Assembly: GCA_041582905.1 (NCBI GenBank)
Contig: JBFHGY010000001.1
Span: 1-32,378, forward strand
Reading direction: 5' to 3'
DNA from: Crocinitomicaceae bacterium
Lineage (GTDB): Bacteria > Bacteroidota > Bacteroidia > Flavobacteriales_D > Crocinitomicaceae
Length of the DNA stretch: 32,378 nucleotides
Under the pieces are notes generated by a model, which saw only the letters and a program-made list of their open reading frames with translations, did not search any database and was not told the origin of the DNA. This document shows, piece after piece, positions 15,935-24,353 of this stretch. How positions within the stretch are numbered: position 1 is the first letter of the stretch; every line of letters starts with the position of its first letter. Position numbers and translations under genes: made by a program.

Positions 15935-16531
15935 TTGAGCAAAGAACGGGAGTATAAAATCGTTAGAGGATGCATAAAGGGAAAACGCCTTGCATTCAAA
16001 CAACTTTATGAGTTGTATAAGGATGATATGTTCCGTGTTTGCCGAACGTATGCTCCAAATTATGAGGTGGCAAACGATTTTTTACAAGAGGGTTTTTTAA
16101 AAGTGTTTCAGAATTTACACAAGTATGATCACAAAAGAAGCTTGGGAGGATGGATGCGTCGTGTGATGATTAATAACTCCATTGACATGTTGCGCAGAGA
16201 TCATTGGGATAAGATCGTGGTTACGCTAAATGAAGATTACGAGCAGGGAAGAGCAGAAAGAATTGAAAATGATTTTGAAAGACGACTCAACTCGAGTTCT
16301 TTCTTTGAAATACTAGATAAACTACCCCTTGGGTACAAAACAATTTTGAACCTTCATTATTTGGAAGGATTAACACATAAAGACATCTCGGAGAAGTTAG
16401 GAATCACCGAAGGAAGCTCGAAATCGCAACTTTCGAAAGCAAAAAAATACCTGAAAGGTACCTTACTGAAGGAAATGTCAATAAACGAAATAGAAGAATA
16501 TGTTGGACAATTGGCTAAAGAAGTGGTATAG
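15935..16531 (+). CDS. RNA polymerase ECF-type sigma-70 family factor
   Basis: Region 2 pattern AFKQLYELYKDDMFRVCRTY...ANDFLQEGFLKVFQNLHKYD. Region 4 HTH LPLGYKTILNLHYLEGLTHKDISEKLGITEGSSKSQLSKAKKYL. Apparent TTG start, because the first in-frame ATG would delete region 2.1. Confidence 0.88.
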   Translation: MSKEREYKIVRGCIKGKRLAFKQLYELYKDDMFRVCRTYAPNYEVANDFLQEGFLKVFQNLHKYDHKRSLGGWMRRVMINNSIDMLRRDHWDKIVVTLNEDYEQGRAERIENDFERRLNSSSFFEILDKLPLGYKTILNLHYLEGLTHKDISEKLGITEGSSKSQLSKAKKYLKGTLLKEMSINEIEEYVGQLAKEVV

Positions 16532-17840
16532 TAAATCGTACCAAGATGCTTCTGTCGAGAATCCATCGACTGAAGTGTGGGACAATATTGCATCAAAACT
16601 GGATGATGAGACGTCATTTTGGTATACATCAAACGTTGCATCAAAGGAAAATAGCGAACCTGTTTCTCCACGCGTATGGGAAAATTTGAATGCATACGTA
16701 GACGCTCGTGCCGCTCAAATCGTGCAAAAGCGTTGGAGATTCGTTAGAAATTTTGGGTTGACGACTATCCTTCTAGTTGTGCCATTTTTTATCTCGGATT
16801 CTTTTGAGAACGTGACGAATGTCCATCCAACACATTCCGCTCAGGCGGCAATACCCTCACACGGAACGAGTGTAGCTTCTCCAGAAACCGAAAATAGAAC
16901 GGAAATTAAACTTTCTCCTTCTGAGGAATCGACCGTAGCCTATGCTCAAAACCAACAAGAGACGTCAACGTACAATAGTTCCTTAGCGACTTCCGAGGAT
17001 TTTAGTGTCCTTCCTGAAAATGTTCCTTCAGCAAACGAAATAGCGACTGTACTAACTGCCCAAAAAAGTGCACCTGCTCTTGTTTATGATGAGGTGGCAG
17101 AACTTCCTGTGAGAACAATCACTGCTGAAGATGAGTTCGATACGGAAATGGATAGAACACTTGTGATGAGTAGAAACGAAATCGCTACAACTCCAACGGA
17201 GATTTCCAGACCAAGCTCAACCGGAAAGTGGCGATTGGGAATAGGAGTAAACAATCAGGTTTCCAACTTATTGAACCCGATTACGCAACAAGGTATCGAT
17301 AAAGACAGCGATATTGATTTATCAATCAGCTCAAATTATTCCTTTGACATTTCTCTCGAACGAAAAGTGGGGAGATTTGGTTACTTGGGGCTAAGCGCTC
17401 GATTGAATGATCAGAAGACGCAGAGATACCATGATCTTTACGGTTCGGAACAGATTGAAAAGCAATTGTCGTTAAGTTATCAATCACTCTTTCTGAATTA
17501 CTCGCAAGCCATTTTGACGAAGCATTTCAATAAACGATTTGGCTTGGAGCTCAACTCAGGTATTTATGTGGCGCATTTAGGTGACGTTACTGAAAAATGG
17601 GATAATCAAGATCGATACGAATTAACAGAAGGTTTTCGCACGTTTGATCTCGGCGCTATGATCGGAATCAATGGAAGTTATCGCATTAGTAAGTCTTTTG
17701 ATGTGAATGCGGGTGTTTATTATTCGAATGGGGCCATCAATGTTTTCAAAGGTGTTGAAACAATGCCTTCGTACTTTTTCAGAACATTTACTTCATCGTA
17801 CGGTGGAAGCGTAAAACTTCGCTACTATTTTGATCGGTAG
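16500..17840 (+). CDS. Membrane-anchored protein with C-terminal outer-membrane beta-barrel (porin-family)-like domain; possible anti-sigma partner
   Basis: Overlaps the sigma gene by 32 nt. ~95-aa N-terminal segment, one TM (FGLTTILLVVPFFI), a Ser/Thr/Glu-rich low-complexity linker, then alternating-hydrophobic beta-strand sequence ending ...GGSVKLRYYFDR. Confidence 0.75.
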   Translation: MLDNWLKKWYSKSYQDASVENPSTEVWDNIASKLDDETSFWYTSNVASKENSEPVSPRVWENLNAYVDARAAQIVQKRWRFVRNFGLTTILLVVPFFISDSFENVTNVHPTHSAQAAIPSHGTSVASPETENRTEIKLSPSEESTVAYAQNQQETSTYNSSLATSEDFSVLPENVPSANEIATVLTAQKSAPALVYDEVAELPVRTITAEDEFDTEMDRTLVMSRNEIATTPTEISRPSSTGKWRLGIGVNNQVSNLLNPITQQGIDKDSDIDLSISSNYSFDISLERKVGRFGYLGLSARLNDQKTQRYHDLYGSEQIEKQLSLSYQSLFLNYSQAILTKHFNKRFGLELNSGIYVAHLGDVTEKWDNQDRYELTEGFRTFDLGAMIGINGSYRISKSFDVNAGVYYSNGAINVFKGVETMPSYFFRTFTSSYGGSVKLRYYFDR

Positions 17841-17878
17841 TCACTTGCCCATTCAAAAGGAAATGACAGTTGTCTCAT

Positions 17879-18805
17879 CTATAACTTAATGAGCTTTTCA
17901 TGGCTCACTTCGTCATTGTCAAGAACGATACTGATGAGGTAAAATCCAGCCTTCCAATCAAAAGTGGAAACTTCAACTGTTCCGATCAAACCTTCAAGTT
18001 TTTCGATTAATTCACCATTTGAATTATGTATGGTTAACGAATACTGCTGATTTCCTGCAGTCGATACCTGAAACTCCGAGTTCACTGGATTGGGAGAGAT
18101 GTCAAACGGTTCACTTTCAATTGATCTTACAGATAAGGCTGTTGGACATTCACCACTCGCTAAAACGACAGAGTCTTGCACATTCGAATAGGAGTTTCCA
18201 TCAAAAGTCGCACATGTCCATTCTTGTGAATATGACACCGACCCATAACCAGGATCACTTAATAGTCCATGATTCGATCCAAATCCTTCAAACCAATTAA
18301 CAGGGGGGAGGCCTGATGTACCATTCTCAACCGAAATGATGTGATGATAGCTTCCCATCAACAGAAAGGAATCAACCTCAGTGACATAAACATCCTGAAG
18401 TCCGCTTGGTGTTATGGTGCCGCCATAGTACTCCATGGAGAATACATCATTAATGGTATCTCCCACCGCTACGTCAAAATCATAGAGCAAATACTCGGCG
18501 GTAGAATCCTTTGGAACAATCGTTACGCGTTTATTAGTTACATCATTTCGAAAAGCAGCGACGTAACTGGTCGTGATCAAACCACTCTGACTTATCGTTT
18601 TTTCCTGAATTTTAATAAAATTATGGGTGTTGATGAGCGTGTCTCCATCAGTAAATACTATTTGATGCCAATCTGGCTCTGTCCAAGCCCAATCGTGCCA
18701 TGTGTGAAGCCAAGTCGCATTGTTTTCGGGAATTGGGTGATAACTTTGAGAAAAAGCAGTAACGGTAAAGAGTGAGATGAAAGTGAGGGTGAAAAATCGT
18801 TTCAT
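17879..18805 (-). CDS. Secreted hypothetical protein with T9SS C-terminal sorting domain
   Basis: The internal ATG at 18805 gives the signal peptide MKRFFTLTFISLFTVTAFSQ. The track start 18868 would overlap the upstream gene. C-terminal FDISPNPVNSEFQVS...FYLISIVLDNDEVSHEKLIKL. Confidence 0.82.
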   Translation of the reverse strand: MKRFFTLTFISLFTVTAFSQSYHPIPENNATWLHTWHDWAWTEPDWHQIVFTDGDTLINTHNFIKIQEKTISQSGLITTSYVAAFRNDVTNKRVTIVPKDSTAEYLLYDFDVAVGDTINDVFSMEYYGGTITPSGLQDVYVTEVDSFLLMGSYHHIISVENGTSGLPPVNWFEGFGSNHGLLSDPGYGSVSYSQEWTCATFDGNSYSNVQDSVVLASGECPTALSVRSIESEPFDISPNPVNSEFQVSTAGNQQYSLTIHNSNGELIEKLEGLIGTVEVSTFDWKAGFYLISIVLDNDEVSHEKLIKL

Positions 18806-18830
18806 GACTGTGCGTTTTGATTCGTTGATG

Positions 18831-20687
18831 TTACTTCTGAAGATTGTAAACTCGTTCAGTTGTGCCATCCGAGTAAATGTAGATAAGTGGTGTGTTTGCT
18901 CGTGGCGATGTTACTCGACCCATCAAATCAACTATTTTGATCACCGTTTTTTCGTTTTCGGGCAGTTCAGTAATTCCAATAAAGCAAGGATTTCCGCAGT
19001 CTGTACTGAATGAAGTCTGCGCATCAATATTCGTCCAATTGGCACTCGACCATGCAACATCGTCTACTTGAATACAGTTTAGATTCGGATTACCTGTCGC
19101 CCAAAAGGAGAAGATCGATGAGTTTGCACCATTTTGAACATTCAAACAATAAAGTTGATTCGAGGTGCAACCCACAAGACCCAATGCCGAGTTTTGAGTA
19201 AGATCTAGAGAGGTAATTTGATTCGAATCACATATGGCTACGTAGAGGTTTGTGTTTTGGGTAAGGTCAAGTTCGGTTAGTTGATTGTTATTACACGATA
19301 CCGAAAACAAACTTGGATTCTGCGTGATATCTAAACTTGTGATTTGATTATTTGAACAAAACAAGTCGTGCAATGATGAATTTTGAGACACATCCAATGA
19401 TGTCAATTGGTTAAATCCACATGACAGTTGATACAATCCAGTTATGTGGGAAACACCTATACTCGACAGTTGATTATACGAACAACTCAGGTGGGTCAAC
19501 ATCGTGTTTTGGGTTAAATCAAGCACTGTGATTTGATTTGAGTCGCAATCTAAGATAACTAAATCTGGGTTCTGAGATACGTCTAATGCTGCAATAGCGT
19601 TTCTGTGACAACTCAGTGTATTAAGGTCTGCCTGATTGGAAACATCGATAGAGGCAAGTAGATTATATCCGCACTGTATATTTACTAACAATGGATTCGA
19701 GGAAAGGTCGAGTGCCGTCAATTGATTATTATTACACTCAAGATGTGTCAAATTTGAATTTTGAGAAAGGTCCAAAGATGTCAATTGATTGAGCCAACAT
19801 TTCAACGATGTCAAGTTTACATTGTTGGATACATCCAAAGAAGTCAATAGATTCTCCCCACAGTCGAGATGAATTAAGGCTGTGTTTTGTGATAAATCAA
19901 GACTTGTTAATTGGTTGTAAGGAACTTCTAATGAAGTAAGATTGGTAAATGCTTCTATTCCTACAAGACTTGTAATTCCTTCGTAATCACATACAATTCC
20001 ACCCGTATAGGCGCTGGCTTCAGAACATTGTATCTCATTGTCTCCATTTGTGTTGATCCCAGGCATTCCGACAAGAATCGCTTTAAAATTTGCGTCCGGA
20101 ATGGTGACAACGCACGGACAATTCGTGCTAAAGCTCGTTTGCGGATCAATATTTGTCCATGTCGATGTGCTATATGTAACATCATCAACGGTGATGCAGG
20201 TCAAGTTGGGGTTGGTATGCGCCGAAAAGGAATTTTGTCCCATGCTGATATTATTTCCATTCGCCACATTCAAATAACTCAGTTGATTGATTTGACACAA
20301 TAAATTATTCAAGGACGTATTCTGACTTACATCGAGGGAGGTTAACTGATTGGCTCCGCAAAATAATAGTTCCAGCGCTGTGTTGGCACTAACATCGAGG
20401 CTCGTCAATGCGTTGGATTGGCAGCGTAATTCCGTTATTGCAATAAATGCTTCGATACCCGTTAAATCTGAGATAGACAATCCCTGACAGGAGATGACTC
20501 CAGTAAATGCGGACGCTTCAGCTACCTGTATTTCGGTATCTCCGTTGGTGTTAATGGAGGTATTTCCTACTAAGTAGGCTTTAAAATTGGCATCAGGAAT
20601 GAGTACATTTTGAGCGTGGGAAAGTCCGCAGATCATGAAAACTGCAACTAAAGCAGTAATAAATTTAGGTTTAGTTAAGTGCATCAT
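18831..20687 (-). CDS. Leucine-rich-repeat surface/secreted protein with T9SS-like C-terminal domain
   Basis: Signal peptide ...GLSHAQ. Two modules (aa 27-190 and 193-564), each with cap IPDANFKA.LVG..INTNGD.EIQ, 21-aa LRRs (LTSLD[VL]SQNT.L..L.C..NQ; 3 and ~13 copies) and cap NPNL.CI.VDDV..S...WTNID.QTSFST.C. Short beta-rich tail. Confidence 0.88.
   Translation of the reverse strand: MMHLTKPKFITALVAVFMICGLSHAQNVLIPDANFKAYLVGNTSINTNGDTEIQVAEASAFTGVISCQGLSISDLTGIEAFIAITELRCQSNALTSLDVSANTALELLFCGANQLTSLDVSQNTSLNNLLCQINQLSYLNVANGNNISMGQNSFSAHTNPNLTCITVDDVTYSTSTWTNIDPQTSFSTNCPCVVTIPDANFKAILVGMPGINTNGDNEIQCSEASAYTGGIVCDYEGITSLVGIEAFTNLTSLEVPYNQLTSLDLSQNTALIHLDCGENLLTSLDVSNNVNLTSLKCWLNQLTSLDLSQNSNLTHLECNNNQLTALDLSSNPLLVNIQCGYNLLASIDVSNQADLNTLSCHRNAIAALDVSQNPDLVILDCDSNQITVLDLTQNTMLTHLSCSYNQLSSIGVSHITGLYQLSCGFNQLTSLDVSQNSSLHDLFCSNNQITSLDITQNPSLFSVSCNNNQLTELDLTQNTNLYVAICDSNQITSLDLTQNSALGLVGCTSNQLYCLNVQNGANSSIFSFWATGNPNLNCIQVDDVAWSSANWTNIDAQTSFSTDCGNPCFIGITELPENEKTVIKIVDLMGRVTSPRANTPLIYIYSDGTTERVYNLQK
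19152..19976 (-). repeat. Array of ~13 consecutive 63-nt (21-aa) LRR coding units
   Basis: I counted these on the protein (aa ~238-510). The periodic LTSLD.SQN...L.C..NQ units also recur at the DNA level. Confidence 0.75.
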
Positions 20688-20967
20688 CGTATATATTTAA
20701 AAATTATTGAATAGTCCGTGAAACAAACTGGACGTATAATTCGACGTGATTTGTTCCGCGTATTAACACTGTTAAGAGCAGTACCTTCTTTTGTCAAATG
20801 ATGCGATAACGGTAGGGTATTATCCCATCACTACTCAACAAACATAGAGGATCGGGTACGTTTGAAACGAATCGAGTTCGCGAAACGCCAATTTGAATAC
20901 GTGAAACAGGAAAGAGAGATTTACACATGTAATATTCTTTCGAAAAGTGAAAAATGCATGATCAATA

Positions 20968-21006
20968 AAATGCCCCAACACCTTTTATATTGGCGTTAGG
21001 GCATTT
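20968..21006 (-). terminator. Intrinsic terminator downstream of the 803-aa gene
   Basis: AAATGCCC (20968-20975) pairs with GGGCATTT (20999-21006), with partial inner pairing. On the minus strand it is followed by TTTATTGAT. Begins 23 nt after the stop at 21029. Confidence 0.6.
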
Positions 21007-21028
21007 CAGTTAAGGAAAGAAGAAAAAA

Positions 21029-23440
21029 CTAGTGCTTCACAAGTCGTTTGGAAATGCTTGTTTCATCACTCAACGTCATTTGAACAATGTAAACACCTTC
21101 AGCAAGCGAATGTACATCAAGCCTTCTCTCTTGTCCGCTGGATAGTGCAAAACGCTCCATGATACGACCATCCGAAGTAAGCAAAGTAACCCTTGCATCT
21201 TTTCCTGTTGTATTTTCGATAACAGCGTAGTTTTGAGCAGGATTTGGGAACAATTTAAAGTCTAGCGGTTCAATTGAATTTTCTTGTTTTACCGCATTAA
21301 TTTTTTGCAAGTAGTCATCAATCTGTGCTTTCAAAGATGCAGGAACTTCTTCCGTTGCATGTATGGATGTAGCAGATTTAAACTGACCTACATCTTGAAA
21401 AGCACTTTGCTCGTCGGCGCAACCAGAAGGATCACGTACGAAATGCGTCACTCGATAATTTACTCCATGATCAATTCCTACGAAACTATACGATTGATGA
21501 GAAGTAGACCAGGGTACATATTGAACAAGTGTGAACGATCCATTGGCGTTTTCACGGAGTAAGAACCAACGGTGTTCTAAGGTATTGTCGGTTTCCGCAG
21601 CCGATACATCTAAATCAAAAACTTGGTTTCCGCTGGTGTTCGTGTACGGCAAATTTAAAACAGAAGAAAAATGACCGCTAATCACACGTTTTTCGACTTT
21701 AAAGGTCTTCATTAAGGGCATCCAGCCGATACATTCATTACTCACAGCAACCAATATTTGATACTCATACCCATCAGGAAAATCGAAGGGTTGACTCGCG
21801 TTGTTTGCGAGGTCGCGTAGGTTTGAAATTCCAGCAGGACCTCCTAACCAATTCAATTGACCATGCCAAGTGAACGCTCCCGTGCTGCCAATCGGCCGTT
21901 TGTTGAAACCTATGAAGTGATTCGTCTCATTTTGTGAAGCCAAACCATTAAAAAAGATCGCCTCATCACAGTAAAACAAATCGCTTGGAGTTCCATTAGC
22001 ATCTTGCGTATGGTAATCAATGATTAGATCGCCAGCTACACCATCATCGTATACACCAACAAATGATCCGCTAATTGAATAATTGCTGTAGGTAACAACT
22101 GGAAATGTTGGATTAGCACTGGCTGTGGTGTGATCATAGTCAATCGCTATTGAAGTTGTGCCGATATCATAGTCGCCTGCAATTACCTTATCTCCGTCAG
22201 ATTGAATAAGAATGATTTCTCCTTCAGAATGTGGACCATTTCCGTAGGTAGAAGATGAAAGGGTAGTAAGCGCATTTCCATTCGATTTATCGTACGATTG
22301 AGCAAAGTAATAGGAATCGTCGTAATCAGATCCGCTAGGAACGATTACTGTCTTGAGTCCTGTAGTATATAGTTCATCGCATTGGCTCACAGCAAGTCGC
22401 ATCCTAAATTGATTGGGTAAAAACTTCGACCAATTCTGGTGGTTCATGTTCGTAGCATTGCAATACAAACCTTGTTTTGAAGTGAAATAGAGAGAATTGG
22501 TCGATTCTTCCAACGCTAGATCGTCTATTGCCTGAGTGAAGAATGCGACACCATTTCCAGTAGCTGTTGGGTTCGATACCACAACTGGAGTCCATGTAGC
22601 ATCAAAATTCCCGTTTGAATCAAGGCGAAGAACCGACCCTGCTGTGCTCGCTCCTGTGGAAAAGTTAATGGTTGATGAGGTGTTCATAATTGTAGCGCCG
22701 TTTTGAACTTCAGCGCCCAGATAGATGCGACCTAACGCATCTACTTCCATCTCTGTAGACCACGCGCTTGTTGTTTGATAAACACTTTTTGCCCACAACA
22801 AGTCGACTGAATTATTGATACCGTTGGACAAATCATATTTTGCGACAAACGCTGCACTCAAGAGGCTTGAGTTTTTTGTTAGAAAGGTACTTGGTTGTCC
22901 TGGGTCGATAAACTCTACTGGACCATTATTCCCTTCAGTAAATCCATACAGGTACAAGGCATTGTCTTTCACCACAAGACTCGTTACATAGAAGTCACCG
23001 AGAATCGACACAATAGAAGGATGAAAACTATTTGGGTTTGATTTATTGATGATAGCGACTTCAACATTTCCCATTCCAGCCGATCCTGAAGGATGAAATT
23101 CCTTTGTATAGTATACGTAGTCATCGTCGGTATCAATTCCACCACCAAAATGACTATGAATAGGGAAATTTGGATTTGTTCCTGTTGCTACTGATTTAAC
23201 GAACCCAGAACTTCCGTTGGGGAGAAATTCTCGAACGGTATTTTGGTAGCCGTTTGATCCATAGGTTTCCAGAAATAAATACGTGTGATCATCTTCATCG
23301 ATTACACCTTTGTATATGTGACTTCGCGTTGCATTTCCGACATCTAAAAAATTGATGTCTGCTTTCCAGCCTTGAGCGAAGGTTGTCGTTGCCCCGAAAA
23401 ATGCCAGGCATATTCCGAGTAACAATTTGGATTGTTTCAT
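21029..23440 (-). CDS. Large secreted hypothetical protein with T9SS type-A C-terminal sorting domain
   Basis: Signal peptide MKQSKLLLGICLAFFGATTTFAQ. C-terminal FKLFPNPAQNYAVIEN...GVYIVQMTLSDETSISKRLVKH. I recognise no catalytic motif. Confidence 0.85.
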   Translation of the reverse strand: MKQSKLLLGICLAFFGATTTFAQGWKADINFLDVGNATRSHIYKGVIDEDDHTYLFLETYGSNGYQNTVREFLPNGSSGFVKSVATGTNPNFPIHSHFGGGIDTDDDYVYYTKEFHPSGSAGMGNVEVAIINKSNPNSFHPSIVSILGDFYVTSLVVKDNALYLYGFTEGNNGPVEFIDPGQPSTFLTKNSSLLSAAFVAKYDLSNGINNSVDLLWAKSVYQTTSAWSTEMEVDALGRIYLGAEVQNGATIMNTSSTINFSTGASTAGSVLRLDSNGNFDATWTPVVVSNPTATGNGVAFFTQAIDDLALEESTNSLYFTSKQGLYCNATNMNHQNWSKFLPNQFRMRLAVSQCDELYTTGLKTVIVPSGSDYDDSYYFAQSYDKSNGNALTTLSSSTYGNGPHSEGEIILIQSDGDKVIAGDYDIGTTSIAIDYDHTTASANPTFPVVTYSNYSISGSFVGVYDDGVAGDLIIDYHTQDANGTPSDLFYCDEAIFFNGLASQNETNHFIGFNKRPIGSTGAFTWHGQLNWLGGPAGISNLRDLANNASQPFDFPDGYEYQILVAVSNECIGWMPLMKTFKVEKRVISGHFSSVLNLPYTNTSGNQVFDLDVSAAETDNTLEHRWFLLRENANGSFTLVQYVPWSTSHQSYSFVGIDHGVNYRVTHFVRDPSGCADEQSAFQDVGQFKSATSIHATEEVPASLKAQIDDYLQKINAVKQENSIEPLDFKLFPNPAQNYAVIENTTGKDARVTLLTSDGRIMERFALSSGQERRLDVHSLAEGVYIVQMTLSDETSISKRLVKH

Positions 23441-23708
23441 TTTGAAAAGATTTAAAAGTAAATGTTGGTTAGCGCTAACATTAAATAGTGGTTAATAACC
23501 GCTTTTCAAAGGTACAAGCAGAATCAACCCGACTTCTGCTCACTTCCTTAAATACACCGATCACTTTGCAAAACCCAAAAGGGCAGCCTTGGACATGAAA
23601 AAGTACAATGACCTAACTCATGTATCTGAAAAGAATACACAGCGCATAGATGTTTTTGTAGGTGTCTGATTGAATGTTAGAACGGATGAATTCAACAGTG
23701 TTATTCTG

Positions 23709-24353
23709 TTACTCATCTCCCAGTGCTGAAACCAACTTGTATAAATCCAACACATTATTCACATCTAGCTTCCGATAGATGTTTTTTCGATGGGTAATCA
23801 CCGTTTCTACACCAATATTCAATTGGTCAGAGATTTCTTTATTGGTTTTATTCTCCAAAAGAATGTGCATGATTTCCGTTTCGCGCTTAGAGAGTTGACT
23901 GATTTTCTGAAAAGGATCAGATAAAAGCTGCTCTTCCTCCTGAAGGGAATTTGAGTTTTGGTTGGAAGAATTGCCTGTTGAAATGGGAGTTTCTCCCGAA
24001 ATAATACGTGTAAGCAGTTCGTTGAGATCTTCCTGACTGGCATTTTTCGTCAGAAAACCATTTACTCCAAGATTGTTCAGTTTGCGGGAAAGTCCACTGT
24101 TTTTGTATTGCGTTAGCACAACGATTTTAATCCGTGGATAATACGTTCGCACACGCTCGATGAGCTTGATACCATTTACTTTGGGTAGGTTCAAATCGGT
24201 AATGAGGAGATCAATCTTGTTTTCATGCAAAAGACCAAAAGCATCTTTACCATTCGTCGCAGTCAAAATGCTTTGTACCATTTCGCGCTTATTCAGCATC
24301 GAGACAATATATTCCTGGAACATCGTGTGATCCTCAACAACAAGAACGTTCAT
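23709..24353 (-). CDS. Response regulator, NarL/LuxR family (REC + LuxR-type HTH)
   Basis: MNVLVVEDH...DLLITDLNLPKVNG receiver motifs. C-terminal LSKRETEIMHILLENKTNKEISDQLNIGVETVITHRKNIYRKL. ATGA overlap with the kinase stop. Confidence 0.9.
   Translation of the reverse strand: MNVLVVEDHTMFQEYIVSMLNKREMVQSILTATNGKDAFGLLHENKIDLLITDLNLPKVNGIKLIERVRTYYPRIKIVVLTQYKNSGLSRKLNNLGVNGFLTKNASQEDLNELLTRIISGETPISTGNSSNQNSNSLQEEEQLLSDPFQKISQLSKRETEIMHILLENKTNKEISDQLNIGVETVITHRKNIYRKLDVNNVLDLYKLVSALGDE

Noticed and set aside
18996-20609. Periodic DNA repeats that might be mistaken for a CRISPR or minisatellite array
   Set aside because: The 63-nt periodicity lies entirely within one long ORF and translates to consecutive LRR units. 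There is no repeat/spacer alternation.
20717-20908. Two copies of CGTGAAACA (20717-20725, 20900-20908) and other GAAAC strings resembling ECF -35 elements
   Set aside because: They are on the plus strand, where no gene lies downstream. No CGT element lies at 16-17 nt spacing. A single 9-mer recurrence within 340 nt is weak evidence.
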